From Vicugna vicugna (lineage: Eukaryota): a stretch of DNA of 58,330 bases. This document shows, in pieces, positions 51,151 through 58,330 of this stretch. Location: contig MU057840.1 in assembly GCA_013265495.1 (NCBI GenBank), positions 62,001 through 120,330 of the forward strand. The letters run 5' to 3'. The notes under the pieces are model-generated. The model made no database searches. It was given only the letters and a program-made list of their open reading frames with translations, and had not been told where the DNA came from. The position numbers and the translations under genes are program-made. The first letter of the stretch is position 1, and every line of letters begins with the position of its first letter.

Positions 51151-51830
51151 CCCTACCCTGCATCCCAGGAACCTGGGGCAGTAGAGGGCATCACCAGGCC
51201 AGGCTGCAGGAGAGGTGGGAGTAAGTCCAGCAAGAGTATCTGGGGCAAGGCCTTCTTTCCTCACAACTGCTGGGCCACCACCAATGACTCGACCGCTGAC
51301 TGCACCCCGCAGGCCTCCCAGGAGCAAGCTAACCACCAAATGTGTGTCCCTCTAACGGGGGGAAGAAGATGCCCCAGTCCAGCCAGGGCTAAGGGGACAT
51401 GGGAACAAATCCAGGGGCTCACACCTGGCAGTCCCCCTTCCGCCTCAGCAGCCACCACTCCCTGACCAAACTGCAAAAGGATCTCGAGATCGCTGACCTG
51501 AGGATGTGCCTCCATTCAACCTGGGGAAGCAGACACCGCCCTCAGGGCAGGGCACAAGGAGTTGGGAGCAAATTCACAGGCTCACACAGGGTACCTCCCT
51601 TATCCTGCTTCCACAGCTGCCACAACTGCCTTCACCCCAGCTCCCTCACTGGACCAGCCAGGGCTCCAGGGAGCAGTCAGACCTAAAGATGAACCTGAGG
51701 CAGCAGAGGCCGCCCCCAGGTCAAACTGCAGGTGAGATGTGAGCAAATGACTGGCTGGCAAGGGGTAGCCCCCCTCCTCCCGCCACCGCTACTGCGGCTG
51801 CCACCCTGACCACACTGAGCCCTTGGTCTT
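51120..51830. repeat. Array of about four diverged GC-rich monomers (~140-190 bp)
   Basis: Recurring aacctggggcag(c/t)agaggc...ggaga(t)gggagcaaat...cagctgccaccac...gctgacct motifs near 51170, 51360, 51518 and 51692. Confidence 0.75.
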
Positions 51831-51834
51831 ACCA

Positions 51835-53995
51835 AAGTCAAATTGAGGGAAAATATCTTAACATAATAAAAACTATTTATACATCCCTACAGCCACCAAA
51901 ATAACCTACAATGAAAAGCTGAAAGCCTGTCTGCTAACATCTGCAACAACACAAGGCTGCCCACTCTCACCACTTCTATGCATTCAATATACTTTGTAAG
52001 TCCTAGTAGAGCAATTAGACAAGAAAAAGATATAAAAGACATCTAAGTTGGAAGACAAGAGGTAAAACTGTCACTATACGTGCATGACATAATACTATAT
52101 ATGGAAAATCCTAGAGGAGCCACACAAAAACGACTAGAGCTAATAAAAGAATGCAGCAACGTAGCAGAATACAACATCAACATTCAGAAATCTGTGGCTT
52201 TTTGATAAATGAAAGTAATAATCCCTTTTAAAATTGCATCCAAAAAATTAAGACTCAGGAATAAATCTGACCTAGGAGGTGAAAGGCTTATATGTGGAGA
52301 CCTACAAAACACTGACTAAGGAAATTAAAAGATGACTTAAAGAAATGCAAAGATAGCCCAGGTTCTTGCATTGGAAGAATTAATATTATGAAAATGGCCA
52401 TACTACCCAGACCGAACTACAGATTCTTATCAAATCACCCAGGACATTTTTCACAAAACCAGAACATATCATCTTAAAATTTATACAGAATCACTAAAGA
52501 CCCAGAATGATCAAAGCATTACTAAAGAAAAAGAATGAAGCAGAAGGAATAACCTCCCAGACTTGAGACACTACTACAGAGCTACGATCAAACCAGCATG
52601 ATATTGGTACAAAAACAGACCTACAGATCAATGGAACAGAATAGAGAGCCCAGAAATAAACCCACAAACATTCGGTCAATTCATCTTGGACAAAGGAGGC
52701 AAGAACATGCCATGGAGTGAAGACTTCAGCTTCAGCGAATGGTGTAGGCAAAACTGGACAGCTGCATGCATATCAATGAAGTTAGAATACTCCCGCACAT
52801 CATACACAAAAATAAATGCAAAATGGTTTAAAGACTAAAGTAGAAGACAACACAATACAAGTCTCTTAGAAGAAAATAAAAGCAAAACATTATTTCACAT
52901 ACTTCTCAGCAATATTTTCCTACAGCACTCTACCCAAGCAATAGAAGTAAAAGTAAAAATAAACTAACGGGACCTAACTGAATTTACAAGCTTCTCCACA
53001 GCAAATGAAACCACAAGCAAAATTAAATGACAACCTACAGGATGGGAGAAAATATTTGACAAAGGCTGATTTTCCCGAATATAGAAACAGCTCACATGAT
53101 ATAATAACAAAACACAAAGAACCCAATTCAAAAATGGGCAGAAGATCTAAACATGCATTGCTCCAATGAAGACATACAAATGGTCAGTAGGCACATGGAA
53201 AAATGCTCAATATCTCTAATTATCAGAGAAATGCAAATCAAACCTCTAATGAGGTATCACCTCAAGCCAGCCAGAATGGCCATCATAAATGATAAACGCT
53301 AGAGAGAGTGTGGAGAAAAAGGAAGCCTCCAACACTGTTGCTAGGAAATGTAGTTTGGTGAAGCCATGATGGAAAACAGTATGCAAATTCCTCTAAAAAC
53401 TAAAAACAGACTTACCACATGAACCAGCAATGCCACTTCTGGGTATATATCTGGAGGGAACTCCAGTGTGAAAACATACCTCCACCCTGATGTTCACAGC
53501 ACCACACTATACAACAGCCAAGACATGGAACCAACCTAAATATAGCAACAGATGACTGGATAAAGAAATTGGGGTATTTTTATACGGTGGAATACTACGC
53601 TACCATGAAAAAGAATAAAATGCTATTTGCAGCAATGTGGATGAACCTAGAGGACATCATTCTAAATGAAGCAAGCCAAAAAGAGAAAAATACCATATGA
53701 TATCACTCATATGTGGAAACTAAACAAAAAAAAAGGAGAAAAAGGAAAAAGAAAGAAAAAGGACGCTATGAACTCATCTACAATACAGAAACAGTCTTGT
53801 ACACATAGTAAACAATCTCATGGTTACCAGGCAAAGGGGGTGGGAAGGGATACATTTAGGAATTTGAGATTTACATATGGTAGACGCTATATATATAATA
53901 GAGAGAGAGAGAGAGAGAGAGAAACTAAAGAATTTTTTTCTTCTGTGTAGCACAGAGACCTACCTAAGTTCAATATCTAGTAATATTCTATAACG
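51835..53995 (+). mobile_element. L1 ORF2 3' half plus 3' UTR (defective), fused to monomer array
   Basis: Starts mid-RT (aaatatcttaacataataaaaactattt...aatgaaaagctgaaagcc) and runs through to the 3' UTR with (GA)n at 53900-53921. Confidence 0.93.
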
Positions 53996-54109
53996 GAAAC
54001 ACCACTACAGCCACCGCCTTAGGGAGCAAGACAAGAAAGGGAAGGAGAGCCAGTTACCCTAGGCTAGAACCCAGTCCTTGCTCGTGCCAAAACAGTGCCC
54101 GCTGAGGGC

Positions 54110-54665
54110 ACTGCACCCTCCTCTAAGGAGCAGGCTGACCTGAGGACGTGCCTCCAGGGAAGCTGGGGCAGCAGAGGCCGCCCCCAGTCCAGGCCATGGG
54201 GGAGATGGGAGCAAATCCACAGGCTGGCACAGGGCAGCCGCTCTTCTCCCACCCTCGCAGCTGCCACCACTGCAGTCTTCCCCTCTCCCTGATCAAATCG
54301 TACAGGCCTCCAGGAAACAGGCTGACCTAAACAGGTGAGTCCTGCAACCCTGTGGCAGCAGAGGCTGCCACAAGACCAGGCCCCTGGGGAGATGGGGATA
54401 AATGCAAGAGCTTGCACAGGGCAGCCTCGCTCCCGCCCTCGCCGCCCCTGCCCCCTGACCACACTATGCCAGCCTCCTCGGAGCAGAATGACCTATAGAC
54501 TTGGATCCAATGATCCTGGGGCAGCTAGGCCAACACAAGGCCAGGCCACAGGGGGAGACAGGAGCAAATGACTGGCTGGCAAGGGGTAGCACCTCTCCTC
54601 CCGCCACCACTACTGCTGCTGCCATCCTCCCAGCCCCCTGAGCACACTGAGCCCCGGGTCTTACT
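54110..54665. repeat. Second array of about three GC-rich monomers, homologous to 51120-51830
   Basis: gctgacctgaggacgtgcctcc...ggcagcagaggccgcccccag...ggagatgggagcaaatcc repeated. The final monomer gagcaaatgactggctggcaaggggtagc is nearly identical to 51741-51770. Confidence 0.8.
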
Positions 54666-54669
54666 AAAG

Positions 54670-56290
54670 TGGATATGTACGGAGAGGAAACATATCTCAA
54701 CATAATAAAAGCTATTTATGACAAACCTACAGCCAGCATCATACTCTACACTGAAAAGCTGAAAGCCTGTCTACTAACATCTGGAAGAAGACAAGGATGC
54801 CCACTCTTACCACTCCTATTCAGTATAGTGTTGGAAATCCTAGTAGAGCAATAAACAAGAAAAAGAAATAAAACAGATCCAAATCGGAATACACGAGGTA
54901 AATTTCTCACTATTTGGGTGACATAATACTATATATGGAAAACTCTAAAAGCTCCACACATAAAACAACTAGAGCTAATTAAAAGAATTCAGCAAGGTAG
55001 CAGGATACAACATCAACATACAGAAATCAGTGGCATTTAAATACATGAAAGTAATAATCCTTTTTAATATTGAATCCAAAAAAAAAGACTCGAATAAATC
55101 TGACCCAGGAAGTGAAAGACTTACATGCAGAGACCTACAAAACACTGAGCAAAGAAATTAAAGAGGACTTAAATGAAACATAGCCCATGTTCAAGCATTG
55201 TAAAAATTAATATTGTGAAAATGGCCACACTGCCCAGAGCAATCTACAGATATAATGCGATCCCTATCATAATACCCAGGACATTTTTCACAGAACTAGA
55301 ACAAATCATCCTACAATTTATACAGAATCACTAAAGACCCAGAATTTCCAAAGCATTACTGAAGAAAAAGAACGAAGCAGGAGGAATAACCCTCCCAGAC
55401 TTCACACACTACTACAGAGCCACAATCAAACCACCATGGCATTGGTACAAAAGCAGACCTACACATCAGTGGAACAGGATAGAGAGCCCAGACATAAACC
55501 CACAAACGTTCGGTCAATTCATCTTGGACAAAGGAGGCAAGAACATACAATGCAGTCAAGACCATCTCTTCAGCAAATGGTGTAGGCAAAACTGGACAGC
55601 CGCATGCAAATCAATGAAGTCAGAATGCTCCCTCACACCACACACAAAAATAAACGCAAACTGGCTTAAAGACTTAACATAAAACAAGACACTATAAACC
55701 TCTCAGAAGAAAACACAGGCAAAACACGATATGACGTACATCTCAGCAATGTTTTCCTAAAGCAGTCTACACAAGCAATAGAAATAAAAGCAAAAATAAA
55801 CAGACAAACGGGATGAAACTGAACTCATAAGCTTTTGCACAGCAAGGGAAACCACAAGCAGAACAAAATGACAACCTACAGGATGGCAGGAAATATTTGC
55901 AAAAGATGAGACTGACAAAGGTTTAATTTCCAGAATATAAAAGCAGCTCATACAACTTAACAACAAGAAACAAACAAGCAAGCCATCCAATCCAAAACTG
56001 GGCAGAATATCTAAATCACCATTTATCCCACGAAGACATACAAATGGGCCGCAGGCACATGAAAAAAGGCTCAAAGTCGCTCATTAACAGAGAAGTGCAA
56101 ATCAAAACTCCAATGCGGCATCACCTGACACGGATCAGAATGCCCAACATTCAAAAGTCCACAAAGGAGAAAATGCTGGAGAGGCTGTAGAGAAAAGGCA
56201 ACCCCCCTGCACTGCCAGTGGGAATGTAGTTTGGTGCAGCCGTTGTGGAAAACAGTAGGCAGATTCCTCAAAAGACTAAAACTAGACTTG
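54670..56290 (+). mobile_element. L1 ORF2 fragment (composite copy 2)
   Basis: [27 protein letters not shown]...[21 protein letters not shown] (RT motif QGCPLSPLLF) through [20 protein letters not shown], then a CpG block. Confidence 0.94.
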
Positions 56291-58043
56291 CCTGAAGCTT
56301 TTGATCTCAGGGGCAGGGCGACCAGCTCCCAAAGGCCCAGGCCTCACCCGTTATTCTGCCCCAGGTCGCCTGTGCCCCGGAGGGTCCAGGGCAGCCAGCA
56401 CTCCCCAGGCAGGTCCACCTGTGCAGGAAGGCCATGGCCTGAGGGCCGGTCGGAGGTGCTCCGGGCACATCTGGCGCCCTCCCATCTCCTGGAGCTGCTC
56501 CTGCTCCCGCTTTCCCAAACCCGCCTATGAGCGGCGGCGGCGGCAACAAGGGGGTTCAGTGACTACTGATGTGCGGGGCGGGGGGGGGGGTGTACCGCGA
56601 ACCAGGGCGGCGGACTGGAACCGCCTCCGCGTCCAAACGGGCTGTGTGGCCCAGACCTCACCTCCGCACCCCGCCCTGTGCACCTCCCCAACGCAGCCCA
56701 GGCCTCACCGGCGGGCTCCCCGACCTGCGCGCCCCCACCAGCGCCCTGTTACCTGCCAAGCCACAGCAGCGGAGGCGACGGCACGCGGCGGCTCAGACCC
56801 CAGGCCGCGTTCCTCCTCAGGGAGCTGGTCCAGGAGCGCCCGGCTCCCGCCCAGCTTCCCCGCGCTCCGGGCGCGCTCCCGCGTCCGCACACTCCCCTCC
56901 TCCTACCGCCCGCAGCGGGGAACCTCGGCCTGGTTCTGATGCAGTGCGGGGACTTGGCGAACGGGCCCGAGAGGGGCCAGGCGGGTCTGGGTGGTGGGGC
57001 AGCCCACCCAGGGGCTGGGCCTGGGCTGGGCAGGGACCCCATCCGCAATGCCTCCACCCTGTCACTAACAGTCCTGGCAGACAGCCAAACCCCCAATACG
57101 GGGCTCCTTACCTCACATCAAGGTCCCAGCCCCCACACTCTGCCCAGCTTGGTCCTACCCTATGGTCTCCACACCCCAAGCTGACCCCTCAAGCCTCACC
57201 CAGGGTCTCCCCATCATCCTAACACGGTCCCTTCACCCCTCTCCCCTGGATTATCCCCCACCCCTAGCTGGGTCCCCTCAACTCCGAGTGCCCCTCACCC
57301 TTCAGTGGGGTCATTTCCACTCCAAGTGGCCCCTCACTCCTCAGCCTGTACCCCTTCATCGCGGGATCCCCTGTCTCTCTGAGTGCACCCCTATCTGGAG
57401 CTGACCCCCTCTCCCCTCACCCTGCTGGGAGCGAGGGGGTCTGGGCTCTGGTCACCACGGCGACAGCCGCCAGAGGAGGATATAGCATATTGTGTGTCTG
57501 CACAGCACAGTGTCCAAGGCTCCTGGGCACAGTAGGCCGGGCTGGAGGCTGTTCCAATTCCCGCCCGGGTGCCCTGCTGCCCTGCTGCCCATGCCTTGTG
57601 CCATGTCTCAGTCAGCTGGTCATGGTGTCCTGGGCTGCTTGCCACTGGCCTGTGGGCATTGGGTGAGTCATGGTGCAGTTGGGGATCCGGACCACCACCA
57701 CCTCAGAGCAGTGGCACTGGGCCCAGGGTCCTGCAGGGGTAGGGAGGGAGTAGGGTGCGGCAGAGCCCTAGGATGGAGAGCAGGTGGTGGGCTGTGTGGA
57801 TGATCTGGGCTAGGCCCAGGTGGGTGTGGTGACCCTGTTCGTTTTGTCCGGGTAGAGGGAACAGGGACAGGAACTTTGAAAGTGTCCACGTTAGGAGCCC
57901 AAAGGTGGAAGGCAAAGGGGGCAGCTGCACTGGCCAGGCCACCTTGGAACCTGCCAGGATGCTGGTCCCTCACATCTGGGAAGACTGACAATTGACAGGC
58001 AAGTGAGACATCCTCCCCCAACCCCCCCCCCCCAGTACAGTTT
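56291..58043. promoter_or_regulatory. CpG-rich block, copy 2 (paralog of 49347-51150)
   Basis: Shares aagcttttgatct...gctcccaaaggcccaggcc, ggcgcgctcccgcgtccgc, gcgggatcccc and gctgaccccctc with copy 1; minus-strand CAG|GTAAC donor at 56753/56752. Confidence 0.6.
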
Positions 58044-58139
58044 NNNNNNNNNNNNNNNNNNNNNNNNNNNNNNNNNNNNNNNNNNNNNNNNNNNNNNNNN
58101 NNNNNNNNNNNNNNNNNNNNNNNNNNNNNNNNNNNNNNN
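58044..58139. other. Assembly gap (96 N)
   Basis: Run of N. Confidence 1.
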
Positions 58140-58211
58140 GGCAGGGCAGCCCCAGGCCTGGGGCAGAGGAGGACCTGCATAGAAACATCCTCTTACCTCA
58201 CTAAAAGGCAC

Positions 58212-58330
58212 TGTAGTAAAAAAGAATAAATTTGACTCCGTTTTAGATCTGTTCCTTTTCCTTTAACCCTGTGCCTTGTTTTCTGGGCTTAGTCTTGCTA
58301 GCTCTGCACCTTTTGTAAAACAATATTGCC
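58212..58330 (+). mobile_element. Start of a probable ERV LTR, running off the window
   Basis: Abrupt composition change at TGTAGTAAAAAAGAATAAATTTGACTCCGTTTTAGATCTG, resembling recalled cetartiodactyl ERV1 LTR starts. Confidence 0.5.

Noticed and set aside
49101..51742. Many long overlapping ORFs in CpG block 1 (e.g. 49790..50563, 257 aa)
   Set aside because: Pro/Gly/Arg-rich ORFs on all frames are expected from high GC and few stops. There is no recognisable domain, and frames are not obviously preserved in the paralogous block.
46850..56290. Potentially active L1
   Set aside because: No contiguous ORF1 or endonuclease region; ORF2 pieces are full of stops and frameshifts.
49347..58043. 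CpG blocks as the native USP3 promoter/exon 1 (the distance from exon 2 is about right)
   Set aside because: No MECPHLSSSVC...WCCS coding sequence was found on the minus strand, the blocks are duplicated and L1-embedded, and COL12A1 exons intervene. A copy hidden in an N gap cannot be formally excluded.
56231..58211. Long ORFs in CpG block 2 (212 aa, 217 aa and others)
   Set aside because: Same GC artefact; some run through N gaps.
1..58330. CRISPR arrays, operons or other prokaryotic systems
   Set aside because: The sequence is mammalian (spliceosomal introns, LINEs/SINEs); no constant repeat with unique spacers was seen.

Overview
Mammalian genomic DNA, most likely a camelid (Vic-1-type tRNA-derived SINEs and a camelid-style L1 3' end), with three assembly gaps. 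It is not a normal single-gene locus but a mosaic. (1) 156-24498, minus strand: intron-containing USP3 exons 2-7 with canonical splice sites. The zinc-finger (ZnF-UBP) exons are damaged (a Cys and two His ligands lost, exon 3 tandemly duplicated) and exon 5 has a 5-bp frameshifting deletion. The catalytic-domain exons 6-7 match my recollection of human USP3 at every residue. I could not find USP3 exon 1. (2) 41768-43469, same strand, where USP3 intron 1 should continue: four decayed COL12A1 exons (FN3 + VWA) with an internal deletion. (3) 44300-58330: a patchwork of L1 pieces and a repeated composite unit (CpG-rich block + ~170-195 bp GC-rich monomers + L1 ORF2 fragment). Each CpG block holds a minus-strand donor pointing toward the COL12A1/USP3 exons. 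Most interesting inference: the exon-5 deletion changes its entry phase from 2 to 1. As a result, an ATG in the alternative frame of exon 4, or a phase-1 COL12A1 donor, reads without stops into the NLS-like basic patch and Cys box. This could be a lineage-specific ZnF-less or chimeric deubiquitinase, or simply a chimeric duplicated pseudogene. Comparisons with human proteins and repeat-family names are from memory, not from searches. Repeat boundaries are approximate.
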